A stretch of DNA of 62,017 nt, the filler included. It is 3 parts of 3 records of this genome, joined end to end, with 100 filler letters (N's around TTAATTAATTAA, not from the genome) between each part and the next. Parts side by side here need not be neighbours in the genome. Positions count along the whole stretch, not along the records: positions 1 to 23,908 come from SRR31156797_1241; 2 more parts are not named here. One strand, written 5' to 3'. The translations under genes and the position numbers were made by a program. The notes below the pieces were generated by a model, which saw only the letters and a list, made by a program, of their open reading frames with translations, searched no databases and was not told where the DNA came from. Below are positions 1 to 10,543 of this stretch, one piece after another (the first letter of the stretch is position 1; every line of letters begins with the position of its first letter).

Positions 1-161
1 TTGACTAGTCAACTGTTGATCTATCAACTATTACCGCAGAGGTAAATAGTCAACGTTTTTTTAAAAATGGTTGATATGCAAGAAAACGTATGCTCATATG
101 CTCATAAACGCCGACCAATTATTAACGTTATACTTCAACTGGAAATCAATCGGAACTACTA

Positions 162-1637
162 ATGGCCAATGTCTTAATTATTGATGATGATCCGTTTATC
201 GGGGAGCTACTGATCGCCATAGCTGAAGCGGTGGGCCATGACGGGGAAAAAGCCATGACCCTTAAGGAAGGCATGGCGCTTGCCCGCGAGGAACGCTTTG
301 ATGTCGTATTCCTTGATGTAATCCTGCCTGACGGAAACGGACTTGATGCCTTGCCGGAACTACAACAGCTCAGCAATATGCCTGAGGTCATTATTATTAC
401 CGGGCAAGGCGATTCCAAAGGAGCGGAACTAGCCATTAACTCCGGAGCATGGGACTATATTTCCAAGCCGGCTAGTCAGGAAGAATACATGCTGCACATG
501 AAGAGGGTCTTCCAATATCGCAGCGAAAAACAATCTTCCAGCCCCAAACTCGGCCATCACAATATTGTCGGTCGCTCAGACTCCATTGTGCGCTGCCTCG
601 GTCAGGCTGCCAAGGCAGCCGAAAGTCATGTGGGTGTGCTTCTACTTGGCGAAACGGGCACGGGGAAGGAGCTCTTTGCCCGGGCGGTCCATGACAACAG
701 CATGCGCCGTACCAAACCATTTATCATCGTCGACTGTGCCTCAATCCCGGAAAACCTTGTTGAATCCATCCTTTTCGGCCATGAGCGCGGAGCTTTTACC
801 AGCGCGGACAAAAGTCAGGAAGGCTTGATAGCCAAGGCTGACGGCGGCACTCTTTTCCTTGATGAAGTAGGTGAACTTCCGATCTCTCTGCAGAAATCCT
901 TTCTCAGGGTATTGCAGGAACGGACCTATCGTCCTGTAGGTGGAAATGATGAAAAACAAAGTGATTTCAGGCTGGTGGCTGCGACCAACCGTGATCTAGA
1001 TGCTTTGGTCCAAAGCGGCCGGTTCAGACAGGACCTGCTTTACCGGTTACAGGCATTTACAATTGAACTTCCGCCTTTAAGACAGCGAGGGGAAGATATC
1101 AATAAACTCTCCCGCTACTATTTGAACAAACTGGCAGCAGACTTTAACGCTCCGCCTATTGCCATTGCAGAAGAATTTCTAGATGCCCTAAAATCATACC
1201 CCTGGCCGGGCAACGTGCGGGAACTTTTCAACGTTCTGGAACAGGTGTTCACCTCAAATCCCGGCGCCGGAGAATTCCTACCCGTTCACTTACCAGTCCG
1301 CTTACGTGTATCAGCTGCTCAGGCTTCGGTACTTCCAAAGCAAGAAGTTAAAAATAGTTTAACTCTGATCAAAGGCAATAAGTCCCGCAAATCCCATGGG
1401 CGACACGAGGATATCCCCATGCCTGAAGTCAATGTCCCGGATGCTAATAAACTACCACTCTTCAAAGAATATCGAGATGAAGCTGTCAACAGTGCTGAAA
1501 AATTGTACCTTGAGCAATTAATACTCATAAGCAAGGCCAACATGACCGAAGCTGCCAAGATTTCGGGCATATCAGTTTCCAGACTTTATGCCTTGCTGAA
1601 AAAGCACAACATAAAAAAACAATATGCTGTTGAATAG
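162..1637 (+). CDS. Sigma54-dependent response regulator (NtrC family: receiver-AAA+-Fis HTH)
   Basis: N-terminal receiver (LIIDDD, FLDVILP), Walker A GETGTGKE, GAFTSA variant of the GAFTGA loop, WPGNVREL, C-terminal HTH. Confidence 0.95.
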   Translation: MANVLIIDDDPFIGELLIAIAEAVGHDGEKAMTLKEGMALAREERFDVVFLDVILPDGNGLDALPELQQLSNMPEVIIITGQGDSKGAELAINSGAWDYISKPASQEEYMLHMKRVFQYRSEKQSSSPKLGHHNIVGRSDSIVRCLGQAAKAAESHVGVLLLGETGTGKELFARAVHDNSMRRTKPFIIVDCASIPENLVESILFGHERGAFTSADKSQEGLIAKADGGTLFLDEVGELPISLQKSFLRVLQERTYRPVGGNDEKQSDFRLVAATNRDLDALVQSGRFRQDLLYRLQAFTIELPPLRQRGEDINKLSRYYLNKLAADFNAPPIAIAEEFLDALKSYPWPGNVRELFNVLEQVFTSNPGAGEFLPVHLPVRLRVSAAQASVLPKQEVKNSLTLIKGNKSRKSHGRHEDIPMPEVNVPDANKLPLFKEYRDEAVNSAEKLYLEQLILISKANMTEAAKISGISVSRLYALLKKHNIKKQYAVE

Positions 1638-1645
1638 CTCAAAAA

Positions 1646-1676
1646 AATCCCCTGTGACCCAAGGTCACAGGGGATT
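1646..1676. terminator. Bidirectional intrinsic terminator between convergent genes
   Basis: AATCCCCTGTGACC-CAA-GGTCACAGGGGATT hairpin flanked by A and T runs. Confidence 0.8.
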
Positions 1677-1703
1677 CGTTTCTTACTGAGTTGTGTAAAC
1701 TGT

Positions 1704-2333
1704 TTATTCCATGGAACTGATATTGAAAGCCACGGAATAAAAGTGGTGGGTGAAGTCAACGTATTCAACAGGAACATTTTTAGGGACATCAATCCTCGCC
1801 TGTGCAAAGTTGACAATTCCCTTAATACCGCCGTCAACAAGGTAGTTCGCAGCACGCTGCGCCCTTTCCGGCGGAGTGGTGATAATTCCGATCTCCAAGC
1901 CAAGTTCTTCAACACGCGCCTTGAACTGACGGGTGCAGACAACCTCAAGGCCGGAAACAACTTCCCCGATTTTGTAGGGGTCGCAGTCAAATGCAGCACG
2001 AATGGAAAAACCGCGCAAAGCAAATTCCTTATGACGCAACAGAGCTCGCCCAAGGTTACCAACGCCCACAAGAGCGCAACCCCAGACCCGATCTACACCG
2101 AGAGACTGCTTGATTGAAGAGATGAGTTCATGCACGTAATAACCTACACCACGCACACCGAATTCACCAAAATATGCCAGATCCTTACGAATCTGAGAAG
2201 GATTGACCGAACAGGCCCGGGCCAGTTTTTCAGAGGAAATGACCTCTACTCCGTCCCTTTTAAGTCCTGTTAATACCTGTATGTAAACAGCGAGCCTTTT
2301 AATGGTCGCTTTGGGGATATTCTGGGTTTTCAC
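1704..2333 (-). CDS. rex: Redox-sensing transcriptional repressor Rex
   Basis: IPKATIKRL, SQIRKDLAYFGEFGVRGVGY winged helix, Rossmann VGVGNLG; GTG start with AGGA upstream. Confidence 0.97.
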   Translation of the reverse strand: MKTQNIPKATIKRLAVYIQVLTGLKRDGVEVISSEKLARACSVNPSQIRKDLAYFGEFGVRGVGYYVHELISSIKQSLGVDRVWGCALVGVGNLGRALLRHKEFALRGFSIRAAFDCDPYKIGEVVSGLEVVCTRQFKARVEELGLEIGIITTPPERAQRAANYLVDGGIKGIVNFAQARIDVPKNVPVEYVDFTHHFYSVAFNISSME

Positions 2334-2607
2334 TTTAGTTTCCTATTTTCCATGACAAATGCACTTGCACGAAAAGTCTCGGCTGGTAGTTTTAGGTTCT
2401 GAGGTCCGGAAGACCACTACCTTCCCTCGCAAGTTAGCTAACTCCCCTACTGGAGAGTCGATGCGAACGCAACCTTTTCCGCCACCTTCCATTCGATTAA
2501 TATACACTAAAACCCTTGGTTTAGGCTACCCTTTGACTGCATATTATTAATTTATGCAGGGGATTATAGCCTTAATGCCTGTAAAACCCCGATACTGGCA
2601 TCAAAAC

Positions 2608-2625
2608 ATGTGAAAAAATTAACAA
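2608..2625. promoter_or_regulatory. Rex-box-like operator upstream of rex
   Basis: ATGTGAAAAAATTAACAA vs consensus TTGTGAAnnnnTTCACAA. Confidence 0.55.
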
Positions 2626-2634
2626 TATTTGCGG

Positions 2635-2664
2635 AAAAAAAAGGAGGTCCGAAGACCTCCTTTA
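2635..2664 (-). terminator. Intrinsic terminator of the atp F0 operon
   Basis: AAAGGAGGTC-TTCG-GACCTCCTT followed by a U run on the minus strand. Confidence 0.85.
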
Positions 2665-2685
2665 AATATTTCCAAATCCTTAAGA

Positions 2686-3033
<348 letters not shown>

Positions 3034-3084
3034 TTATTTAACAGGTCGTTAGACCATTTCCCCAAAATTAAATTTTCCTGAATC

Positions 3085-3771
3085 CTAGTGAGCTTCTTCC
3101 AGAGAACCTTTCAGATAAATCATGGTAAGCATGAAGAAAATGAAAGCCTGGATAACCTTTGCCAGCATGAACAGGAAGTACATGGGCAGGGTGGAAACTA
3201 CAGGAGCAAGCAGGAACAGAAGTACGAGAACGATTTCCTCACCGCGGATGTTACCGAACAGACGCAGAGTAAGCGAAAGCGGACGCGAGATGTGGGAAAC
3301 CACTTCGATAATGAACATCAAGGGAGCCAGAGCCGGAATCGGGCCCATGAAATGCTTGATGTAACCGGCACCATGAAGTTTGATACCGACATAGTTATAA
3401 TAAAGAAAAGTACATACAGCCATTGCTGCGTTAGTGTTGACGTTCGCAGTGGGAGCGTCAAATCCGGGAATAAGACCCATGAGGTTCAGTACGAGGATGT
3501 ATACGAAAAGGGTACACATGAAAGGAAATACTTTGCGTCCGCCCTCACCGACGTTACTGACAACAAAATCTTCCAATCCCCCGATGATGATCTCAGCAAG
3601 GTTCTGCACCCCGCCAGGAACCAGACTGAGCCTTCTGGATACAATAAAACCCAGTACGAAAAGAACACTCATTCCGAACCATGTGTACCACACGTGGTTG
3701 GGGATGTGAGTTCCCAGAGCGTTGTTAAGCTCTGTCATGATCAATAATGGATGTGGTAAACCTCCAGCCAT
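3085..3771 (-). CDS. atpB: F0 ATP synthase subunit a
   Basis: SRPLSLTLRLFGN with the essential Arg, IQAFIFFML; start MAGG after GGAGG. Confidence 0.96.
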   Translation of the reverse strand: MAGGLPHPLLIMTELNNALGTHIPNHVWYTWFGMSVLFVLGFIVSRRLSLVPGGVQNLAEIIIGGLEDFVVSNVGEGGRKVFPFMCTLFVYILVLNLMGLIPGFDAPTANVNTNAAMAVCTFLYYNYVGIKLHGAGYIKHFMGPIPALAPLMFIIEVVSHISRPLSLTLRLFGNIRGEEIVLVLLFLLAPVVSTLPMYFLFMLAKVIQAFIFFMLTMIYLKGSLEEAH

Positions 3772-3776
3772 GATCC

Positions 3777-4199
3777 TTATGCCTCCTTCACTTTTTGCCG
3801 AAACCCGGCTACGCCCCAAAATATCGCATTCACAACTACCGTACTAAGACCAGCCAGAAGAGCGTAAATTGAACACTGCCCCCAGACTATCAGACCGTAG
3901 ATAGCCAGCCCGGATAAAATGAGCCGACCGTAGAAGCGAATCAACAAGGACACAACCGCGCCCTTGCGCATGTAAGCCAGATGCTGACCGAACTTGGCCA
4001 GCGACCAGAAGTTGAACGTAATCAGAACCGCTCCAGCTGCCAGTCCCAGTGCCCAGTGGGCAAACCCGATGGAGACTACTGCAGCAATAAGGCATGTTCC
4101 GGCAGTAAGGTACAATTGATTTCGCACCAGACTGCGTACGTCCGGATGAGTGAAGCCCCGCCTGTGGAGGAATGATTCAATCTTCTGATTTATTTTCAT
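3777..4199 (-). CDS. atpI: ATP synthase protein I (4-TM AtpI)
   Basis: Four hydrophobic segments, position between atpZ and atpB; start MKINQ inferred. Confidence 0.75.
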   Translation of the reverse strand: MKINQKIESFLHRRGFTHPDVRSLVRNQLYLTAGTCLIAAVVSIGFAHWALGLAAGAVLITFNFWSLAKFGQHLAYMRKGAVVSLLIRFYGRLILSGLAIYGLIVWGQCSIYALLAGLSTVVVNAIFWGVAGFRQKVKEA

Positions 4200-4446
4200 T
4201 GGTTCCAGGACCTTTCCCCTGATCCTTTTTCTGAATCCGCTGAACTTCGTCGAAAACATTCTTGAAGCCGGCAGCGATTCCGAAACACAAGAAAACAATT
4301 AGAAGCCAAGGCTTCGTTCCCAACCATTTATCGAGATACCACCCGATACCCAACCCGACAAAGGTGGAGACAACCAGATGAGTTCCGATCGTAGCGGCAT
4401 TACCGAGCAGATCGAAGGTCTCTTTATTCCCTTTCAAAAAGAACAT
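4177..4446 (-). CDS. atpZ: AtpZ/AtpI-family small membrane protein
   Basis: GWYLDKWLGTKPW motif, first gene of the F0 operon. Confidence 0.85.
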   Translation of the reverse strand: MFFLKGNKETFDLLGNAATIGTHLVVSTFVGLGIGWYLDKWLGTKPWLLIVFLCFGIAAGFKNVFDEVQRIQKKDQGKGPGTNENKSED

Positions 4447-4501
4447 GTTGCTTCCGGTCCTTTATTTTATCCGGGGTGGAATTTGCTGCGCAAAGCAGAC
4501 T

Positions 4502-4519
4502 TTGCGCAAACCTTCACAA
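4502..4519. promoter_or_regulatory. Weak Rex-box-like site proximal to the atp operon
   Basis: TTGCGCAAACCTTCACAA, right half-site perfect. Confidence 0.4.
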
Positions 4520-4760
4520 GTGAGTTTCGTCTAGCATAATCTCCAAATAAGAGTCAACGAATTCTTCATCCATAAGCTCTATTTAACTGAAATTTTATTC
4601 CAAAGATCAGTAGAGGAAACCACCTCGCAACAAAAAACACATGAATTTCATATCCCCGAAAAGCCTAACGTGCAACATCAAAATCAATTTTGAATGAACA
4701 TTCAGTTATTATTTTGCTATTTATTTCCTGCAAGAATATAAAATAATTAACTTTCTATAT

Positions 4761-4778
4761 TTGTAAAAAATTTCACAA
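4761..4778. promoter_or_regulatory. Rex-box-like operator in the atp/protease divergent region
   Basis: TTGTAAAAAATTTCACAA, one mismatch from TTGTGAAnnnnTTCACAA. Confidence 0.65.
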
Positions 4779-4892
4779 TCAACTCCGCCTAAAATTTCAA
4801 GCCCTGACCGTTCAGAGTGACTTTTTTTTCATATGCACGTAAGTCTTAAGACTGAAACCGGATACAGTTTAATAGAGGAAGATTAGAATAAT

Positions 4893-7304
4893 ATGACTAG
4901 CAATGAATTGACTCTGGACAAGCTCACATCCAGACAGGAGCCGTCTGAAATCAAGTACAGCTCCAGCACAGAAATACCTGAATCGAAATATGATTACGAC
5001 CAGTTCCAACCCCGGGCTTTGCAGGCATTCCGCATGGCCCTTGCCATCAAGGGAACCTGTCACAACCTCTATCTTTCCGGGGACCCCAACCTCGGCAGAA
5101 GCTATTTTGCCCGTGAATATTTCCAACTGCGCGCTGCCAAGCAAGAGACTCCGCCGGACCAATTATACCTGCACAACTTCTCCCAGCAGGACCATCCCAT
5201 TTCGGTCAGCCTGCCAGCCGGACAGGGCAAAGAGTTCAAAAACGCCATGTCCGAAGCAGTTTCCCAGATCAAGGAACAGCTGCCCACATGGTTTGAACGG
5301 GAACCCCATATAAAAGCCCTTGAGCAGATTTCACGCAGTTTTCAAGATGAACGAGAAGACCTTTTCGCAAACATGGAAGAGCTGGCCAAAGGACGGGGTT
5401 TCAGTCTTGAAATAGACGACCATGGTGGCCTGACCCTGATCCCGTTGGTGGAAGGGCGTATTTTAAATGACGACGAGTTCGAACGCCTTGATCCTGATGT
5501 ACGCAAAAGCTTGCGCAATGCAGCCGATGACCTACTGGCCGAAGTAACTACCATCCTGCGCCGGATCAGCAAAACGGAAGAAGGATTCCGCAAAGACGAA
5601 CGTAAACTGCATCAGGATTCCGCAAAGGAATTGCTCAAGGATCTGCTGGCCCCGCTGCATGAAAACTTCTCCGAGTTTGACAGGATTAAAGCTTATCTGG
5701 GTGAACTCGAAGAAGAACTGCTCGATAATATTGAATTATTCATGCCAAAAGAGCCGCAGGCCCCATCCCTCATTCCGGGACTGCAACTACCTGAAGCTTC
5801 CCCAGTGGAAGAACTTTTTTCGCGTTTTGAAGTCAACCTGCTGGTGGACAACAGCAAGACTGAGGGTGCCCCGGTAGTCATGGCCGATCACCCGACCCTC
5901 TTCAACCTGCTCGGCTCCATTGAGCGGGAATCGGAAATGGGCGCCCTGTACACTGACTTCACCCTTATCCGGGCCGGTGCCATCCACAAGGCGAACCACG
6001 GTTATCTCATAGTCTACGCTGATGACATCCTGACCACTCCATCTTCATGGGAAGGTCTGCTGCGGGCATTGCGCACCGGACAGGCCAAAATCGAAGACCC
6101 TGGCGACGGAGAACACGTCCGCACCAAAACTATTGAGCCGGAACCGATCCCGCTGGACCTGACCGTCATTTTGATCGGCTCTGAAGAGACCTACGAAATC
6201 TTATTATATAATGACGAACGTTTTGGTAAATACTTCAAGCTCAAGGCCCATATGCAGCTGAGCGCAGAGCGCAACACGGAGAATGTGGAGCGATTTGTGC
6301 GGGTTTTGGGCAAGATTATTGAGGATTCCAAGTTGCAGCCCTTTGACCGTGCTTCACTGGCAAGGATAGTGGACTACTCCAGCCGTCTGGCTGAAGATCA
6401 GAAAAAACTTTCCCTGCGCATCCCTCTGGTCAAAGAAATGATGGTTGAAGCCTCGGCTCTTGCCAAACTTGACGGCAAAGAGGTGGTTGACCTTCCGGCG
6501 TTGGAAGAAGCTATTTCCATGAAAGACTTCCGCTCCAACCTTTATGAAGATGAATACATGAACGAGTATGACCGGGAAGTCATCAAGGTCGAAACTTCCG
6601 GTCAGGGAGTCGGTCGGGCCAACGGACTTTCTGTAACCCTGTTCGGTAACTACGAATTCGGTCTTCCGCACCAGATTTCCTGTACAATCGGCGTAGGACA
6701 TGGCGGAATTCTCGACCTTGAACGCGAAGCACGCATGGGCGGCCCCATCCACACCAAGGGCATGATGATCATCAAGAGCTATCTGGTGGGACTCTTCGCG
6801 CAAGATAAACCAATTGTAATGACCGGAAGCCTTTGCTTTGAACAAAGCTATGCCGGAATCGAAGGAGATTCAGCATCCGGCGCTGAGCTTGCCGCATTGC
6901 TTTCCGGTATTTCCGGGGTGCCTATTAAATTCGATTATGCCTTCACCGGCGCTGTCAGCCAGTCCGGGACCATTATGGCTGTCGGCGGGGTAAGCCGCAA
7001 AATCGAAGGATTCTTCGAGGTCTGCCGCCGCAGGGGACTGAACGGAAAACAGGGTGTTCTCATTCCGGCGGATAATGTGCTAAACCTCATGCTTAGAAAT
7101 GAAGTTGTACAGGCTGTCGAGAACGGGGAATTCCATATTTACCCAGTCAAAACCATTGAGGAAGCCATCTTCATCCTCACAGGTATGGAAGCCGGAGTCC
7201 GGGGCGAAGACGGCAAATTCCCTGAAGGAACCCTTTACCGCAAAGCGGATGAAAGACTGGCGGAGCTGGCAAAGCTGGCCAGCCTTGCGGAATGTAAAAA
7301 ATAA
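4893..7304 (+). CDS. Lon-like (LonB/YcbZ-type) protease
   Basis: C-terminal Lon proteolytic domain IEGDSAS with downstream Lys (VSRKIEGF); GAIHKANHGYL AAA-like region; degenerate Walker A. Confidence 0.9.
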   Translation: MTSNELTLDKLTSRQEPSEIKYSSSTEIPESKYDYDQFQPRALQAFRMALAIKGTCHNLYLSGDPNLGRSYFAREYFQLRAAKQETPPDQLYLHNFSQQDHPISVSLPAGQGKEFKNAMSEAVSQIKEQLPTWFEREPHIKALEQISRSFQDEREDLFANMEELAKGRGFSLEIDDHGGLTLIPLVEGRILNDDEFERLDPDVRKSLRNAADDLLAEVTTILRRISKTEEGFRKDERKLHQDSAKELLKDLLAPLHENFSEFDRIKAYLGELEEELLDNIELFMPKEPQAPSLIPGLQLPEASPVEELFSRFEVNLLVDNSKTEGAPVVMADHPTLFNLLGSIERESEMGALYTDFTLIRAGAIHKANHGYLIVYADDILTTPSSWEGLLRALRTGQAKIEDPGDGEHVRTKTIEPEPIPLDLTVILIGSEETYEILLYNDERFGKYFKLKAHMQLSAERNTENVERFVRVLGKIIEDSKLQPFDRASLARIVDYSSRLAEDQKKLSLRIPLVKEMMVEASALAKLDGKEVVDLPALEEAISMKDFRSNLYEDEYMNEYDREVIKVETSGQGVGRANGLSVTLFGNYEFGLPHQISCTIGVGHGGILDLEREARMGGPIHTKGMMIIKSYLVGLFAQDKPIVMTGSLCFEQSYAGIEGDSASGAELAALLSGISGVPIKFDYAFTGAVSQSGTIMAVGGVSRKIEGFFEVCRRRGLNGKQGVLIPADNVLNLMLRNEVVQAVENGEFHIYPVKTIEEAIFILTGMEAGVRGEDGKFPEGTLYRKADERLAELAKLASLAECKK

Positions 7305-7322
7305 ATCCGACAGGAAAATCAT

Positions 7323-8093
7323 ATGTCCAATTCATGGATACAGTCCAAGATGCCCGAATTTGTACGGGACACATTTAGAGACTTCTGCCTTGCGGGCAGC
7401 GCGCTGGAGGAGCAGTTCGAAACATTTGACCGCGAACGCAGCGTCAGTTTTGAAGTGCTTGACGACCTCATCGGAACCAAGATGAACAAAGGATTGCTTT
7501 GGCGCTTGAAGGATACGGCCCATCTGCTTTTCCGCAACGAGGAAGGTGATCCTCTTTCCGGAAGATTTCTGGACTGGGGCATGGGCTACATTTTCCACGA
7601 AGCATTCAAACTTCGCGAAGATGCCTACCAGAATCTGAATTACGCCCCGCTCTTCTCAAGCCTGCGCGGCAAGGACACCGCCCTACCGGAATCAGTGATC
7701 GGACAGGATTTCGTTCAGGTTGTTGAGCAAACCGAAGAGAGTATGGAGCGAGAAATCAGCCGTATAAGATTTATTATTGCCCGCTGCCGTAAACTCTTTC
7801 CCATTTACCTGAAAAGCCATAAAGATAACGCCCTTCTGGGCAGGCTGCTCTTTTCCCAAAACCTCCTTATACATGAGGTCTTTCGTGAAGAATATGAGAT
7901 GCTTATAGACATCGTATATGAAGATGAGCCTGAAATGCTTTATGTTCTAGCTTCACGGAGTCTGCGTCTGGGAGGGTGGATGGAGAAGGCAGTGGAAGCC
8001 ACTGGGCTGGCCTTTAAATTAAATCCAAGCAACCCCAGAGTGTTGCAAGAAAAAGAAATAGTTGATAATTGGACAAAAACAGTTAAAGTATGA
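7323..8093 (+). CDS. Conserved hypothetical protein with C-terminal TPR-like helix pair
   Basis: 256-aa ORF with AGGA RBS, co-oriented in the operon. Confidence 0.7.
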   Translation: MSNSWIQSKMPEFVRDTFRDFCLAGSALEEQFETFDRERSVSFEVLDDLIGTKMNKGLLWRLKDTAHLLFRNEEGDPLSGRFLDWGMGYIFHEAFKLREDAYQNLNYAPLFSSLRGKDTALPESVIGQDFVQVVEQTEESMEREISRIRFIIARCRKLFPIYLKSHKDNALLGRLLFSQNLLIHEVFREEYEMLIDIVYEDEPEMLYVLASRSLRLGGWMEKAVEATGLAFKLNPSNPRVLQEKEIVDNWTKTVKV

Positions 8094-8138
8094 CTAAGCA
8101 AGCGAACAAATTCTAAATATCGCAGGAGGCCTTGAAAA

Positions 8139-8621
8139 ATGAAAAAACTGATCTTGCTCGCAATCGCATTCAGCCTGATGTTTACATTAGGATGTGCTAA
8201 AAAGCAGGTCCAGCAGGAAGATGTTGTGGTTGTTGAGGAAACTGAAGTTGTAGTTGTTGAGGAAGAACCCGCTGCAGAAGTTGTTCCTCCGACTCCCATG
8301 GAAATCTACGAAAGTGAGTACAAAACTCTGCCCACTTCCCACGTAGTAACCAAAGGCGAATGCCTCTGGTGGATCGCTGAATACAAGCAGATTTACAACG
8401 ATCCTTTCATGTGGCCCCTTATCTACAAAGCTAACAGGGACCAGATTAAGAACCCTGACCTGATTTACCCCGGTCAGTCTCTTGAAGTACCCCGCGCAGG
8501 CTACTCCCTTGACGAAGTTAAGGAAGCCCGCAAACAGGCTGGTGCTTCTTGGAAAGCTCTCGAGCCCGCTGAGAACGCAGTTGTTCCCGGCGAAATGAAA
8601 GCTGCTCTCGGTTACCTGTAG
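8139..8621 (+). CDS. LysM-domain lipoprotein
   Basis: Lipobox LGC; HVVTKGECLWWIA...IYKANRDQIKNPDLIYPGQ LysM. Confidence 0.92.
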   Translation: MKKLILLAIAFSLMFTLGCAKKQVQQEDVVVVEETEVVVVEEEPAAEVVPPTPMEIYESEYKTLPTSHVVTKGECLWWIAEYKQIYNDPFMWPLIYKANRDQIKNPDLIYPGQSLEVPRAGYSLDEVKEARKQAGASWKALEPAENAVVPGEMKAALGYL

Positions 8622-8643
8622 AAATACGAGTATACGAATGTGC

Positions 8644-8684
8644 AAGCCCGGTTTCCTTTTCAGGAAACCGGGCTTTCTTTTTTT
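8644..8684 (+). terminator. Intrinsic terminator
   Basis: AAGCCCGGTTTCCT-TTTC-AGGAAACCGGGCTT plus T run. Confidence 0.85.
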
Positions 8685-8729
8685 CCTTTTCCTTGAACCC
8701 TCCCGTAATAAAAGGCTATAGTTAATAAA

Positions 8730-9878
8730 ATGAAACTTACTAACTGGCTACGTTCGGGATTCGGCAAGTTGGTCATTGCCACAGCTTTGCTTCTGATCTT
8801 AAGCACTCTCGGGTTCTACTGGATAGAACTGAGTGAAGGGGAAGAAGCGCGAATATCCCATGCCTTCTGGTGGGCCATCGTAACCCTGACCACTGTGGGC
8901 TACGGGGATATGGTGCCGACCACCGTACCCGGAAGAATCCTTGGCGGACTGGTCATGATTTCCGGCATCGGGCTGGTGACCTCACTCACCGGTAACATGG
9001 CTTCCATGCTGGTGGAGCAGAAAGCCAAAAAACGCAAGGGGCTGCTATCAGTGAAAGCCAGCGACCACGTAATTATACTCGGATGGAACGACTACGCCTT
9101 CGGGCTGATCGACTCCCTTAACGAACAGACCGCTCCAAGAAAACTGCAGCTAGTCATTGTCAGCGACCTTGAAAGCCAGATCAGGGATGAAATTGCCTTC
9201 AAACTGGATATGGGCGAACAGCTGAACTTTGTACACGGCAACATAAGTCAGGCCAACGTGATATCAAGGGCCAACCCGGCCGTAGCCCGCAATGTTTACG
9301 TGCTCTGCCAGAGTGGAATGGACAGCAAGGAATCCGATCAGCAAGCCATCTATGCAGTTCTTGCCCTGCGCACTCTGGCCCCGAAAGTTCCGGTATACGC
9401 TGAAATCGCCCGCCATGAAAACAAGGAACACCTGCTCCGGGCCGGGGCCAATGAAATCCTCGTACGCGGTGAAATTTCCGGGCGAATGATGGGTATGATG
9501 GGAGCCAGTCCTTCCATGTGGTCCTTCTTCCGCAATTTGCTGGGCATCGGAGAATCGGGCATGCTCCAGTTCAGACCCTGTGTTGCTGAAGATAAAAAAC
9601 TCAGCTGGGGAGAACTCAGTATAAAAGTAAGGAACAGCAGCGGCTGTCTGCCGGTAGCGGCCTGCAAACTGGGTAAAAACCTGACCTTGCAGGATGTGCT
9701 CGACGAGGGCTCTGCACTGGACCAGTTCATTATGGAATTGTTCAAAACCTCCGGGCAGGACACCTCGCTGGGCATGCAGGGACCGAAAGTCCAGATGAAT
9801 CCACCGGACAATGAACCCATGGAAGAATATGACGCCCTGCTGGTCATAAGTGCTCCGGGAGATTCCGAACATGGCTGA
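8730..9878 (+). CDS. Potassium channel (2TM pore + RCK/TrkA-N domain)
   Basis: Selectivity filter [17 protein letters not shown] start. Confidence 0.92.
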   Translation: MKLTNWLRSGFGKLVIATALLLILSTLGFYWIELSEGEEARISHAFWWAIVTLTTVGYGDMVPTTVPGRILGGLVMISGIGLVTSLTGNMASMLVEQKAKKRKGLLSVKASDHVIILGWNDYAFGLIDSLNEQTAPRKLQLVIVSDLESQIRDEIAFKLDMGEQLNFVHGNISQANVISRANPAVARNVYVLCQSGMDSKESDQQAIYAVLALRTLAPKVPVYAEIARHENKEHLLRAGANEILVRGEISGRMMGMMGASPSMWSFFRNLLGIGESGMLQFRPCVAEDKKLSWGELSIKVRNSSGCLPVAACKLGKNLTLQDVLDEGSALDQFIMELFKTSGQDTSLGMQGPKVQMNPPDNEPMEEYDALLVISAPGDSEHG

Positions 9879-10386
9879 TTACTGGCTGTCCATCCCACTT
9901 TTCCAAAATCTCGAGGAAAATGAACTTCAACAGGTGAAGTCGATTTTTGCCAATATCGCGGTGCGCTCCGGCACGGAAATCATCTCCGAAGGAGAGGTAG
10001 GGGACGAGATGTTTATCCTTGTAGATGGAAAAGTACGCATAACCAAAGCCATGCTCATGAAAGGCATGTCCTTACCGCTAAGTGAAATCAAAAACACCAG
10101 CAAGGTACTGGCTAATCTTGATGACAGCAGCTATCCCATGTTCGGGGAAATAGCCCTTATCGACCGTGACCAGCGTTCAGCCACAGTCACTGTGGTGGAG
10201 GATTCCGAATTTCTGGTCACTGACCGCATGAAATTTTTCGACTTTGTGGAAACCCACCCCCAAACAGGATCCAAACTGCTCATGACCATCGGCAAGCGGC
10301 TCACTGCAACAGTTCGCCGCAACAATAACGAACTGATCAAACTGACCACAGCACTGGCACTGGCTCTTTCCCGGAGCGGACGCTGA
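9871..10386 (+). CDS. Stand-alone cyclic-nucleotide-binding domain protein
   Basis: FGEIALID...RSATV phosphate-binding cassette; no HTH; start overlaps the channel gene end. Confidence 0.88.
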   Translation: MADYWLSIPLFQNLEENELQQVKSIFANIAVRSGTEIISEGEVGDEMFILVDGKVRITKAMLMKGMSLPLSEIKNTSKVLANLDDSSYPMFGEIALIDRDQRSATVTVVEDSEFLVTDRMKFFDFVETHPQTGSKLLMTIGKRLTATVRRNNNELIKLTTALALALSRSGR

Positions 10387-10543
10387 ATATATTCAGCGCG
10401 TATTTAAAAAATATTCAGCGCTATAATCCATACTATAATTCATTGAACTGGACTTTAGCCCATTCAACAACTATGGATGGGATACCGATTACGTCTGCAG
10501 AACATCGGTTAATAAAGATTTTTCCATATGACGGAGGCTCTAA

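Noticed and set aside
2334-2607. Riboswitch or small ORF in the long rex leader
   Set aside because: Only weak pairing and no recognisable aptamer; the 63-aa plus-strand ORF has no RBS or motif
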